From the human T2T-CHM13v2.0 reference genome, Homo sapiens, in the NCBI RefSeq assembly GCF_009914755.1, contig NC_060933.1: 64,000 nt of DNA; one strand, 5' to 3'. Below the pieces are notes generated by a model. It was not told the origin of the DNA and searched no databases. It worked only from the letters and a program-made list of their open reading frames with translations. Shown in pieces: positions 33,329-48,001 of the stretch. The position numbers and the translations under genes are program-made. Each line of letters begins with the position of its first letter. Within the stretch, counting starts at the first letter, position 1.

Positions 33329-35569
33329 GTATGTAGAATAAACAAGAAATTTCTCAATTATAATGTTCATTTAGTTCATTCATTTACTCCGTAAGTATTT
33401 GTTGAATGATGGCAATAATAATAGCTACCTTGTGTGGTGGGTGGCCGGTTGGTAGTGGCAGGTAAGGGACAGGCCCTTTACCAAGTGCTTTATGCAATGT
33501 CTTATTTAGTCCCTATAGAAAGTTTAAGAAGTGAGTAAATATTGTTACTCTCAATTCACTTAGAGAGATTAAACTTAGTTGGCTGATAATTTGGTAAGAC
33601 CAGATTCTGTCTGCCTCTAAAACCCACATTCACTGAGCTATGGTGTTTCCCTAAATGAATGAATATATGAATCAGATTTATTTGAATAAGGGAAAAGTAA
33701 TGATCAGGAATAAAAATCTATTCAACCTATTCCTTTATAAGATGAGGGGAAACCAGCAATATATACAATATATCCTTGTTTTGTTTTAGAAATTTCAGAA
33801 CCTACACATTGATAAAATATATTTTCCTATGTTTTAAAACTAAATTTAGAAAGAAAAACATTGCTGGGTTACTAATAAAACACAACATTTATTCTGTTAG
33901 CATACATTATGGGAATGACCAGATATTTCTTGATACACTTCAATCTTTGGCTTCTCTATAACTAGAGATGTGGAACACTTTAAATTAGAAGTGGATTTTC
34001 AGATCACCAAGCAGTGGTCATTTTAGATCATTGCTAACACCAAGTAGATTTTGAACTACTGTTTAAAAGTAAAGTCTGGGATATCCTATTATCAGGCTCC
34101 CCAGCTCTCTAGTCTATAAGTGTCAATGTAAACTTTTAATTTATTAAAAATAGCAATTGTTTTGCTCTGTGAATTTAGGGTATTCTGAGGATAAAGGTAA
34201 GCATGATATACTTGGAAGTTATACTACCCAGTCACAGTTATAAAGATTTTAGATTAAATTAAAAAGAGGTATTTTGTATGCTTCTCTGTAACACTTCTCT
34301 ACCTCCATCCCACCCTTAGGAAACACATACACCTAATACTTGGACCTGATTTATCATCTTGTGGTTGAAGTAATTTGCTGAGATTTAAAATTCAGTATTT
34401 TAACAGCCAAAGGCAACAGGGGTGATCTTTCATACATTTTAACATTATAAGATGTGATGATACTTAGAGAAACATATATTTTTCAGATTTGCCATTTATT
34501 AGGAGTCTTCATCTGTACACTGTAAAGCAATTTCAGCAAAAAATTTAAAGCCGTAGTAGCTTCAGTTGGATAAAAGGTTTTCCTTTATCGGTATTAACCA
34601 ACAACATTCTGACAACATTCCCAAACCTTTTAGTAAATAGAGAGAGCAGTCAGAGAAAGTACAGGTTCACTGATACATTTTAAAATGGAATTTGTGAAAA
34701 ATTTAAAGCTTAAAATAATAGAAAAAAGTAGCGTGACTCTATCCTTTTCATTCAAGAAATGATCCTTGAGGTGGGAGAAAATAATGGATTTTTTTCAAAG
34801 TCTTTACTTCCACGGTACGCAAGCAAAAAGTTGAAGAGCAGCTTACCACATTCAGTGAGTTCTCTTTATACTCTTTTACATTGAGGGGACTAAAAAAAAT
34901 TGTAAATGTGGTCACTGAATGACTATATTTGCAAAATCACAGGAAAGGAGAAGTACTAACATACTTCTAAACTTTTAGAAGGAATAAAAGGTGAAATCTC
35001 ATCAATAGTGTGATATTGAGCCCTGGTAAAATTCTAGGGCTCAATGTTTATGGAGTTATTAAACAGATGACTTGGGAGCACTTAGAAAAGAAAATGATCA
35101 TAATTAGGAACTAGGCTTTTACTAAGAACAAGTCCTGCCAAGACTTTTTAGGTTTTAATAAAATTTTAATACACAGGCAGATGAATGGGCTATTATGGTC
35201 TCAGCATAATCTCTTTTCAACAAGATGTTTTTCAGTCTTATAAACAAAATGAGTTACTGAAGGTCAGATGATAATAGTGATTTAGAATTAATTGGATTTA
35301 GAATCAACTGGACACGTTTCCAAGGAGCGTTAATGATTGTATTGATAACAACTTGGAGGATGTGTTTAGAAGGTGAGTTATAGAATCTCTGCTTGACCCT
35401 GACCTAATCTGTATTTATATTAATAATGGTAATGAAGCTATAAGTGTGTTCATCATATTTGTATTTAACACCAACCTGAGATCCATTCAACAAACATTAA
35501 AGTACCTTTTATGTAGTAGTTCTGTTATCTCATCTTTCTTCCAAAACCATTTCTTTCTTGTTTTTTTCC

Positions 35570-36780
35570 TAGTATAAAGCACAGAAAGTAATAACCCTAA
35601 AAGACACACACACACACACACAAAATAGCTAAATTGGACTATTAAAATTTTAAACTTCTAGTCATCAAAAAACACTATTAAGAAAATGAATAAGCATGCC
35701 ACAGAGTAGCAAATATTTGTAAAACATGTATCTCACAAAGGAATGGTATCAAAGATATATGAAGAACTCCCACACGACTCAGTAATAGATTTTTTGTTCA
35801 TGCCTTTCATCAAGTTGAGGATGTATTTTATTCCTGGTTTGCTGAAAGTTTTAAATCATGAATAGATACTGAATTTTGTCAAATGCTTTTTTCTATATTG
35901 AAATTATCATAGTTTTTCACTTTTTTCTGTTGATTTGTCAAATTTTATTGATTGATTTTCAAATGCTAAAGTAAGCTTTCATTCCTAGGATAAATACTAC
36001 TTGGTCATGATATTTACTTTCCTTTTTTATCTTTTTTTAGTTACTGGAATTGATTTTCTAATATTTTATTAAGTATTTTTGCATCTGTGTTCATGAGGGA
36101 TGGTGGACTATACTTTTTTTTGTAAGGTCTTTGTCAGGTTTTGCTTTTTTTTTTTTTTTTTTGAGATGAAGTCTCTCTGTCGCCCAGGCTGGAGTGCAGC
36201 CATGTGATCTCGGCTCACTGCAACCTCCACCTTGTGATCTCGGCTCACTGCAACCTCCACCTCCCGGGTTCAAGTGATTCTCCTGCCTCAGCCTCCTGAG
36301 TTGCTGGGACTACAGGCACACACCACCACGCCCGGCTAATTTTTGTATTTTTAGTAGAGACAGGGTTTCACCATGTTGGCCAGGCTGGTCCTGAACTCCT
36401 GACCTCAGGTGATCCACCTGCCTTGACCTCCCACAGTGCTGGGATTACAGGCGTGAGAAGTTTTGCTGTTGAGTATGGCACTGGCCTCTTAAAATCAGAT
36501 AGGAAGTATTTTCTCCTGCTCCATTTTCTCAGAAAGTTTTTGTAGAATTGGTATTCTTCCTTAAAAATGATAGAATTCACCAGTGAACTGTCTAAGTCTG
36601 AAGTTTTTCCTTGTTGTTTTGAGGGCAGTTTTTTTTTTTCCTAACAAATTCAGTTTCTTTAATAGGTATAGGGCAATTCAGATTTTGTTTCATCTTGTGG
36701 CAGTTTTGTTAAATTGTATTTTTAAAGAAATTTGTGTCATCTAAGTTGAATTTTTTGGTGTAACATTGTTTATCCTAACT
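35570..36780. mobile_element. Old L1M ORF2 fragments (+ to ~35785, then -), with (CA)n at 35604-35622
   Basis: 'aaattggactattaaaattttaaacttc' (+) and 'gaattttgtcaaatgcttttttc' (-) L1 phrases. Confidence 0.7.
36145..36456 (-). mobile_element. Alu (AluSx-like) with internal perfect 30-nt tandem duplication
   Basis: 36203-36232 is identical to 36233-36262. Confidence 0.95.
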
Positions 36781-37762
36781 TTTTACTTAGCTGTTTCTCA
36801 CACTGAGGTAATAAACCCCTATAAGGCAGAGATTATTGTATTCTTGGCATTTGCATAATACTCTACACTAAAAACAAATAATGAGACTGATTCTTAGCTT
36901 TATCTCATCCTTTATCCTTACAATTGATATTTTGTCTATTTATTTATCTTGTATATATTTTTATGAGTTCCTTCAGATTTTCTGAATAAGAATTTATTCT
37001 TAATTTCATGAAGCACCTTTTTGATAGGCAAACATTCCTATAAGTCTTGCTTTCATTGAAGTAGGCTTTTAAGCAATAGTGTATGCCAGATATTCTGTTT
37101 ATCCTTGCTGTTCTTAGATATTACTTATTCCTAAGTGTGATTTAGTCCATTTTCATTCTACTGTTGAATTTTTGTTGTTTTCAGTAGGGGACCCTACTTA
37201 CTACCCAGCAGAGTTATATTTTGAAATATTGCGGTATTAGAAAAGCACATTATATATGGCAGTCATCAAGCAGGCAGTGTATTTTGGTCTGAGTCTTTTG
37301 CTTAGAAAGATTATTAAGCAGCATTACAGATATGAAGAAAAATGGTACAAACAACTGAATTTTGTTTTTGAAAGATTAACAAGACTGATTTTTAAAAGCT
37401 GACGGATAGTTCTCTCAATTTTGCTTGAAAAGATTTAGCTAATACTAAGAGAATAATTTTTTAAGCACCACATTTTCATGTCAGATACCACTTCCTCTGT
37501 GAAATTTCTTATCCTTTTGATGTATGGTAAATTTGTAGCTTACTGGTCTGTACTTTTATAATATGTTGTATATGTTTTTCTTGTAGCATATTTCACCTTA
37601 TATTGAAAATGTTCATCTTTCTTAGAAGACTGCTTATTGAGAGCAGAGACCATATGTGCTATTTAATCATTTGTATTTTTTAGCACAATGATAAGCATGG
37701 TATCTATTGGGTAACTACTCTGCATTCTTATACAATTAATGAATTAAAATGTTATAAAATAG

Positions 37763-38080
<318 letters not shown>

Positions 38081-38975
38081 TAGTTTAAAATGTAAAACAT
38101 TAAAAATTTTTCCTGAAACACTTTATAAATTGTATCAGGAATATTTTCAGCTATAAATAACAATACAACTAATCACTAAGGCAAATAGGGGATTTCTTTT
38201 TCTTATATAATGAGAGGTTAAAAGGTTAGTGGCTATTGATATTAGTTTAGCTAGCCACTGATGTCAGGACTTGTGTCTCTGAAATTCTTTATTCATTTAC
38301 CTCATTATCACAGGATAGCTGTCGTAGCTCCACATATCACATCCATGTTCACAACAGGAAGATGAGAGGAAAGATTCTGCTTTTTTGCTGGGGGAAACTT
38401 CTCAATATCGGTATTTTTAGGTCATTTCTGTTGAACTGTTTGATATCTCATAGAAAAAGCCTACAAGGCTTATTTTTACAAAGAATATTTTATAATGTCC
38501 CTTTATATTCCCCAAATGAAGTTCATAGAAATTATAACCCTCCTATATACATAATTCCCCAAATCAATATAATGTATTAACTATAATATAACCTAGAAAT
38601 AAAAGGAAATGATATGTATTGCTGTGTGCAGATGCTCCAGAATGACTACACTGGAAGACATAATAAAGTAATTCAGATGCTTGTATTTAGAAGTAGGATC
38701 ACAGAATGTGGTAGCTACAAATATAAACCCATACTATGAATGATATTGTTGTTGGCAATATGATTTTCCAAAATAGTGAGCAAGTTTCCAACAACAAAAA
38801 AAGTAAAATTGTCTCTTCATTGACATGACTATTGTATTCCTGAGAAATAAAAGCTCAGACAATTATAAACAAGTTTTTCACTATGTGATTATGTGACAGG
38901 ACATTTGAAATTACATAGTACACAGGATAGATTTTCATATTTTGGATTGTAGGATATCTAATGTTCTTGGCCTAG

Positions 38976-39492
<517 letters not shown>

Positions 39493-40337
39493 GTTTCTCC
39501 TTTTGTACATATGACATCCTACTATTCAAGAGATTCAAGAGCCCTTGGATAGTCCCCCCTAAAACATCCCCCAATGTGGAGCTAATCAGATTGTTAGATC
39601 TAATAATGAAAGACTCCATTTGCATGTGATTTTTCTTTATTAATGCCATTACCATAAAGTGAGCAAACCTCTGCCAAGGCTACTGGGAGTGGACTTTTCT
39701 AGCAAAACCTTGACCTAGGCCTTTACACCAATTGATCAGAGCAACTATTTTGTTCTTTACTTCTCTTGTTGATGGTTATAAGAAAGCAAACCATATCATA
39801 ATTCTGCCTATTTTGTCTGTCAGTCTTTCCTCCTATAACCCAAGGTCACGTTCTTCTCAAGTTCTGGCCGGCCTTTTAAATATTTCCTGAATTTGTCAGC
39901 TGATAATGCCTTTCTTTTATTCTATTCAGTAGTGTCTTTCTCTGAATTGGCTACCCTCCCCCTCAGTCAGTGCTTTCTACTTCTAAGGTGTACCAAGAAA
40001 GAAAAGGGAAGAAGGGAATGTTACAGTTGATAATGAAACAAATGATGTTGGAAAATGAACCTTGTCTTACAGTATGTTTGTTAATTTCTAATGATTTGCA
40101 TTATGATGGTGTTCTATTATGGTAGTATTTTAAGATGTTGGGATGTAAACTATGAGATGAAAGAACTACTTTTTTGAAGTACTTTTGAAGATAAAGGTTA
40201 TTAAAAGTTAAATTAAGAATTACAAGTTTAATTTTAAGTGCTGTCCTTAAATCAACATTTACTTTATAGAAACTAACTGGAAAACACTAACATGAGCATT
40301 CTCATTCCAAGGAAGGGATTTGTATTAATTTTCATAG

Positions 40338-40636
<299 letters not shown>

Positions 40637-40883
40637 TATAAAGAGAGTCTTTGGCTATATCTTTCCTGCTACATACTTTGTATTTTTGCTGCTTTCCTTT
40701 ATTCTCCCACCACTACCTTCTGCCCATCACCCTCATTAAAAAATGTTCTTACAGAGCAGATTAGCACAAAAATATGGCTCAAGTTCAATATAAGAATCAC
40801 TTTAGTTTTGCTACTAGTATTTGGCTTTAAATATTCAATGTTTAAGTGTTGTTTCTTGATGTTTGATGCTTCTTTGGTTCTAG

Positions 40884-41162
<279 letters not shown>

Positions 41163-41274
41163 TAAGTTCAGAGTCAAAACGTGAAATGTGAAATGAGTGT
41201 TGTTCAGTCATAATTCTTGCAGTGTTTTTACATTTGAGTATTGAAATCTAATATATAATTTATATAAGTATTTA

Positions 41275-41674
<400 letters not shown>

Positions 41675-41791
41675 TCATACAATGAAGTATTACACAGCAG
41701 GGAAAAATAAACTAGGGGTCTGTGCACATTGTGGATGAATCCTACAATGCTGAATGACACAAGGCACAAAAGAATCTAAATTCTATTATTA

Positions 41792-42724
41792 TTATTATTT
41801 TTTTCCATTCAAAAGTTTCTTTTATTCATTAATAAACAATGATATATATGTATACACAGCTTCATAATCATACCAAAAAAGTTTAAGTGAACTATCCTTT
41901 AAAGGCTGAGACCATAACTTTTTGAACAGAAATAATATGGATTATAAGACAGTATATTGATTTTTGCTGTCTTTATTTTAATATAAAGAACAAATTGTGT
42001 GGTAAGACTAATTTATTTTCCCACTTTGAAATTAAACCTCTCTAGAAACATTTAGATAAATTATGAACTAATCTTTAAAATACCGTATTACTTCAGCATT
42101 TCAAAATCAGTAAGTTTGGAAACTGTATTTAAGTTAATATTAGGAATAATATAACCACTGTTGATAACTAACAATATAGCCAAAAGAAAATGTGGTACAT
42201 ACACACAATGGAGTACTATTCAGCCATAAAAAAGAATGAGATCCTGTCATTTGCAACAACATGGATAGAACTGGAGATCATTATATTAAGTGAAATAAGC
42301 CAGGCACAGAAAGACAAACTTTCCATGTTCTCACTTATTTGTGGGAGTGAAAAATGAAAATAACTGAACTCATGGAGATAGAGAGTAGAATGATGGTTAT
42401 CAGAGGCTAGGAAGCATAGTGGGAGAAAGAGGGGAAGAGGGGGATGGTTAATGGGTACAAAAAAATAGTTAGAAATAATGAATAAGACTGAGTATTTGCT
42501 AGGACAACAAGGTGACTATAGTAAAAAATAATTGTACATTTTAAAATAACTAAAAGTATACTTGGATTGTTTAATACAAAGGATAAATGCTTGAGGTGAT
42601 AGATACCCCATTTACTCTGATGTGATTATTATGCATTGCATGCTTGTATCAAAATATTACATGTAACCCATAAGTATACACACCTACTATGTACCTACAA
42701 AAATTGAAAATACAAAAGTGAAAG
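41792..42724. mobile_element. TSD-bounded composite retro-insertion: minus-strand poly(A)/AATAAA + ~375 nt non-L1 sequence + plus-strand L1MA1/2-like 3' end (42181-42724)
   Basis: Perfect 15-bp TAAATTCTATTATTA at 41777-41791 and 42725-42739. Confidence 0.8.
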
Positions 42725-43175
42725 TAAATTCTATTATTACTTTTATAAAAAGTTCAAACACATGCTAAATTATGTTCATGGATGTATACCCTTATAGTAA
42801 AAGTATTAAGAAGGCTAAGCAAGACGTACCAAAAAAGACTAGATAGAGGACACAGAGAACTACAGGGAAACTGGAAGAATTTTATTTCTGTGGTGGAGAC
42901 TTTGGTGTTTACTTTATAATTCATTATTTTGTGCCTTTATGTTATGCACTTTCCTATATATTTTTTAAAACCATGTGCAAAAATTTATCTTTGGCTATCT
43001 CAATAATAAAAATATTTCTTGTGAGAAACAGTTATTTGAAGGAACTCATGTAAAATTTGATTAGCTATAGTTTATAATATTAACAATTACAGGATTAAAA
43101 ACATTCTTGAAGTTATACTTGGAGTATGAAGTTTCTAACCTAGAATTGTTCCTTTTATTCTCCTTTTGAAATCAG

Positions 43176-43239
43176 CGATAATGATGTTACAGTCTACTTT
43201 GAATAGCAGAATCTGATGTAAAGGTAGCAGTAAATATTT
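43176..43239 (+). other. FKTN: Latent 64-nt FKTN pseudoexon (non-activated allele)
   Basis: ccttttgaaatcag|CGAT...ATTT|gtaagg; the +6 G (43245) is exactly c.647+2084. Confidence 0.85.
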
Positions 43240-43349
43240 GTAAGGATTTTCACATTAAAAACTCCTTCTTAGTAACTTCCAGTGAGATAATTCTTATCTG
43301 TTACACTTGAGAAGTGTAAGAGTATGTTTATTCTTGCCTTCTTTTAAAA

Positions 43350-43392
43350 ATATATATATATATTATATATATATGTTTTCTCTCTCTCTATC
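43350..43392. repeat. Interrupted (TA)n followed by (CT)n
   Basis: Seen directly. Confidence 0.85.
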
Positions 43393-44269
43393 TGGAATCA
43401 TGTGAGATTGCCTTCTTATTAGTACTTAAAGTCACATATTTGAGAATGACTAAAAAAGGTATTCGAAACTGAAGTCTTCTATATTTTTTGTGTATGAAAA
43501 GTCGGAACTTTTCTGAACCAAGCCATATTTTCAAAATGACCAAAAAAAATGAGTAGAGATGGAGAACAATACTTTGTTTTTATTATTGGCTTCTCTTATT
43601 TTAATCAAAAATCTTAATACTCACTGTTCTCTTACCACTTTTTTGCCTGTTTTTTTCTTATTCTGTATTTCAAATGACCTTCTTTAGGGAGACATTATCT
43701 TTTAGTTTTTTAAAGCTTTGTGAATTTATTTCAAAATTTAATAACTTAGTAAAGTTCAAAATTGTCAGTTACTTATTAAACATAAACATGTGACAATAGA
43801 TAAAAGCTATCTCTACATTGTAAAATTTTATATGAGTAGGAATGGAAAACTCTCAAATAATATTTTTAGAGTATGGGATCCAAAATACATAAGATAGATT
43901 TGCAGATTAGCATTTTACCCATTAATGAGATTCTCAGGCCATTGTAATTAACTTGTGTGTCTTAAGTGTTAAAAACATTTACTTCTCTAAAAGTAAACTG
44001 ATAATTAAAAATTATGTCACAAAATTTTTGTTTCTGCTTAAAATGCCAAGTGTGTATGAACAAGTACAAATATATTAATATATAAATACATTAACCAAAA
44101 TAATTAAAACTCAACTGTTTGATGTCAGATTTTTCAAGGTCTTATTAAAATTGCTAATTGATATCTGACATAATTGATGAAACTATGCTTGATGTTTAGG
44201 TATTTTGCTAATGTTTGATATTTGTAAGAGGCTGCCAGTATTCTGGGTTAAATCCTTTTAATAAATCTT

Positions 44270-44464
44270 TTATTATTATTATTATTATTTTTAAATTTTA
44301 CTTTAAGTAGTGGGACACATGTACTGAACGTGCAGGTTTGTTACATAGGTATACATGTGCCATGGTAGTTTGCTGCACCTATCAACCTGTTATCTAGGTT
44401 TTAAGCTCTGCACGCATTAGGTATTTGTCCTAATGTTCTCCCTCCCTGTTTCCCCCACCCCTCA
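44270..44464 (-). mobile_element. Short 5'-truncated L1PA (L1PA8-10-like) 3' end with TSD, adjacent to exon acceptor
   Basis: TSD TTAATAAATCTT at 44258-69 and 44465-76; (TTA)n tail. Confidence 0.92.
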
Positions 44465-44491
44465 TTAATAAATCTTAACTTTTGTTTTCAG

Positions 44492-44624
44492 GCCAGAGTT
44501 ACAGCAAGTTACTGTTGATGGACTGGAAGTTCTCATTCCAAAGGATCCAATGCACTTTGTAGAAGAAGTACCACACTCTAGGTTTATTGAGTGTAGGTAT
44601 AAAGAAGCTCGAGCATTCTTTCAG
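44492..44624 (+). CDS. FKTN: Fukutin exon c.648-780 (aa 216-260)
   Basis: tttgttttcag|G CCA GAG...TTT CAG|gttaga = [10 protein letters not shown]...ARAFFQ. Confidence 0.98.
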
Positions 44625-45959
44625 GTTAGAGACAACCAAATGTGTACTTTTAAATTAAAGAAAATGTTGGGATTATTTTTAATATTTGAGGGTGGTAAGA
44701 TGAAGGGGCTTATGGAAAATAGAAAAGTAAACATCCTTTTTTGATATGTCTCTTTTCTTCTAGATTGTTTTCTTTCAGTTTTTTTTAGAAGTAGATTAAA
44801 AATTAACCTTAAGAAACTATTTTCTAAGTCAATAGGTTGATATTTATTTATTGTTTTATTTGAATAACTTTAATAGATTTAGCACTGGCTTCTGCCTTAA
44901 GATAGCCCATTAACTTTGTGAAAGGTGGTGTATTCTCAGTCCAAGTAGGATAAAGCCACTATAGAAGATGGACCATGTAGATTTAGAAAAGACTTCATGA
45001 AAATACAGTTTGTTTCAGAGTTGGCATTGAATATAATTTTTTTTGCATTTATGAAGGTTTTTGAAGATAAATGCTACACAAAGACCAGGTGCTTTTAAAA
45101 CTTTATTCTCTTGCTGCAGCTTTCAATTCAATACACATTTATTGTGTTCCGCAGGCTTCTGGCCCTGGGGATATAAAGATGATTTTGAAAGGCATGAAAG
45201 TTCAGCTCTAAGAGATGACATGAAACACAGAGATACAGTGAAAACAGGCAAATTTACAGTGGGGTTTTGGTACCTGAATTCTTTCACTTGCCCTTTATTT
45301 TCTGGGGTTCCCTGCCAAGAAAGCTGTGTCCACGAGGGATACGAAAATGAAGTATATAACTGTCAAGTGCCCAAGACCCACAAATCTGAGGTTTCTCTAA
45401 TACAGTGTACTGGCACCTAAAGCTGAGGCCTGACAGCCCAAGTGGGCCTTCGTAGCCCTATTTCCTTAAGTCATTGTGGAGCTGTGAAATTTATGCAGCC
45501 AGCCTCATGAATAAAAAGCTGAAAAACCACATGTGTGGATGGGCCTACTCTAGTAGAAAAGTGCTGCCTGACATATGCCTACCACATAATAACAGGAAGT
45601 AGAAGAGATGGAGTTTTGTGCTTAAACTTGACCGCTCTTCCTGTCCTAAGGGAGTTTGCTGTGGTTGTCATCTCTATTATAGCAATTATCACAGTGAATT
45701 ATGAATATCTGTCTTGTCCTCTTATCAAATTTTATGAACTTCTTGATAACAGGAGTGTTCTTTTATTTACCTGTGTTGGCCCAGTATCTACTGTACCTGG
45801 CATAAAGAAAAGATCCAGTAGGGTCAGTTTTCAAATTAAAGTGAACATACATGTATTTGAACACTTGATGGCGCCAAACAGTCTTAAATGTAATGCTTGG
45901 TGTAAAGCAATAAATTAATCTAATAGACCTCATCAAGCAGCCGCCTTTCTTTTTTTAAA

Positions 45960-47190
45960 ATAATTTTTAAAAAGCAATTTTAAATACATAAAAGCTGCAA
46001 GTACAGTACCGATAACTTTTTTTTTTCTGAACCACTTGGGAGTAAGATGTTGACCACAACTTCAAAAAATTTAGTATTTTTTTAAAAATAGGAACATTCT
46101 CTACATGTCCTAATATGAAAGTTAGGAAATTAGCACATACATTTTTACCATTTAATCCCTATTCAATTTTTGTCAGTTGTCCCAATAATAACCTTTGTAA
46201 TAAAAAGATTCGATTCAGAATCACATGTTGTCTTAATTTTCCTGTCTCTTTAGTCTTCTTCAGTCTGGGACAGTTTCTCAGTTCTTTTATTACTTTCATG
46301 ACTAATACTTTGGAAGATTACAAGCCAGATGTTTTGTGCAGTGTCCCTCATTTGGGGTTTGTCCGGGGGTTCCTCATGTTAGATTTAGGTTATACTTCTT
46401 TAGAAGGTATAGAAGTGGTGCTGTGTTCTCATTACATCTCACTGGGCACTGCATAATTTTGATTTATCCCATTACTGTTGATATTCACATTGTTCACCTG
46501 ATTAAAGTGCTGTCTGAAACTTCGTATCTTTACCACTATGAAGTTTCTGTTTTTCCCTTTATAATAATAAGCATCTGGCAAGAAGTTACTTTAAAACTAT
46601 GTAAATATTGTTTTCCTCATTACATTTTCAATTTATTTGTTCATATCAATATAAATAAATTCATGGTTTCCTATTTTACCCTATGGGTTATAGTCAATTA
46701 TTTTCATTATTTATTTTGATCTTCAGATTGTTCCATATTTGGCCAGTAGAAACTCCTTCATAATGCTTTCTGTGTCCTTTTGACTTGTCTCCGTTGTTTT
46801 TTGAACACTTTAGTACTTTTTGGCACTATAAAATATTCTGGGTTCATCTTACAATTTTCATACCTCCACCCTGGGATCAGCCATTTCTTTAAGTCCTGTT
46901 TCCTTTTAGAAGCCAAGACCTGGATGCCAGGTGTACCCATTGCTATTTGGGTTTTGCTGCAGAGAGTTTCTCTCAGTGAACAGGGGTAGGGTGTATATGT
47001 CTGTGTGTATTTATTTCTGTATCTATCTATTGAAACCTCTGAATTCACATTGACATCTCCAGTCCGGTTAAAAGTTCCAATTAAACAACAGAGTTCATTT
47101 CCATATTTGCGACTCCCTTTTCAAATCGTGAGAAATCTGACTCCCATTGACCTTAATGTTTACTTAGTTGTTCAGTCTCCCTGTATGTAA
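45960..47190 (-). mobile_element. Old L1MC-like 3' region
   Basis: 'ttcaatttttgtcagttgtcccaataat...gtctctttagtcttcttcagtctgggacagtttctcag'. Confidence 0.7.
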
Positions 47191-48001
47191 CCTATCTTCC
47201 AACACATGTCCTCCCCTCCCTACCCCCTGTTCTTCTCACCCTACCTGGGCACTGCTATCCTCTGCTGGGCTGCACACACGTAGAGGCATTCTTCTTACCC
47301 TGTTCAGGCTCTGACTTCCCACACCTGGCTGCTGTTCTGCAGAGAGGCTTTCCTCACCCTGCTTGGGCTCTGACTCCCCACACTGGACACTCTCCTACTC
47401 TCTTCATGTGGATGTCCTCATTACCTGCCTAGGCTCTGATACCCCATATCAGGCAATCCCTTTGCACAAAAACCTTTCTTGCTCTGCCCCATCTAATGGT
47501 TTTAGTATCGAATAGTTCAGGAAGGGCGGGAGACTTTATTTACTTTTAATTATTTTCTCAATCTACCATGAAGTTCAAAAACTAGAATAATATACCTTTT
47601 CCTGAATTTGATTTTGTTTTAGCAAAAACCATCACAAGATAATTAATGAGCTCCAGGCTGTTGAATATCAGTGAAAAACCAAAAGGAAAGTTGGAAATAC
47701 CTGTACACCTGGCCTAGGAATATCTAGATAACAATATTTTTATTTTATTTCTACTAATTTGCTCTAAGATTTTGGGCAAATTTCTGAGCCTTGGTTTCCT
47801 CATCTACAATAAGAGTTGGTACCTTCTGTCATCTTATTCTTTGATATAAGGTTTGTGCTTTTGGATTCCACGATTCTTCTTGGGCTTTGTGTCCCCGTTC
47901 ATTGGCTGAACAGGAAAAATTAAATAAACATGATATTTAAAGTAGGATATTAATTTTGTCTTTTTTTAGAGGTATAGTAATCCTGAGATTTGTACTTGGG
48001 A

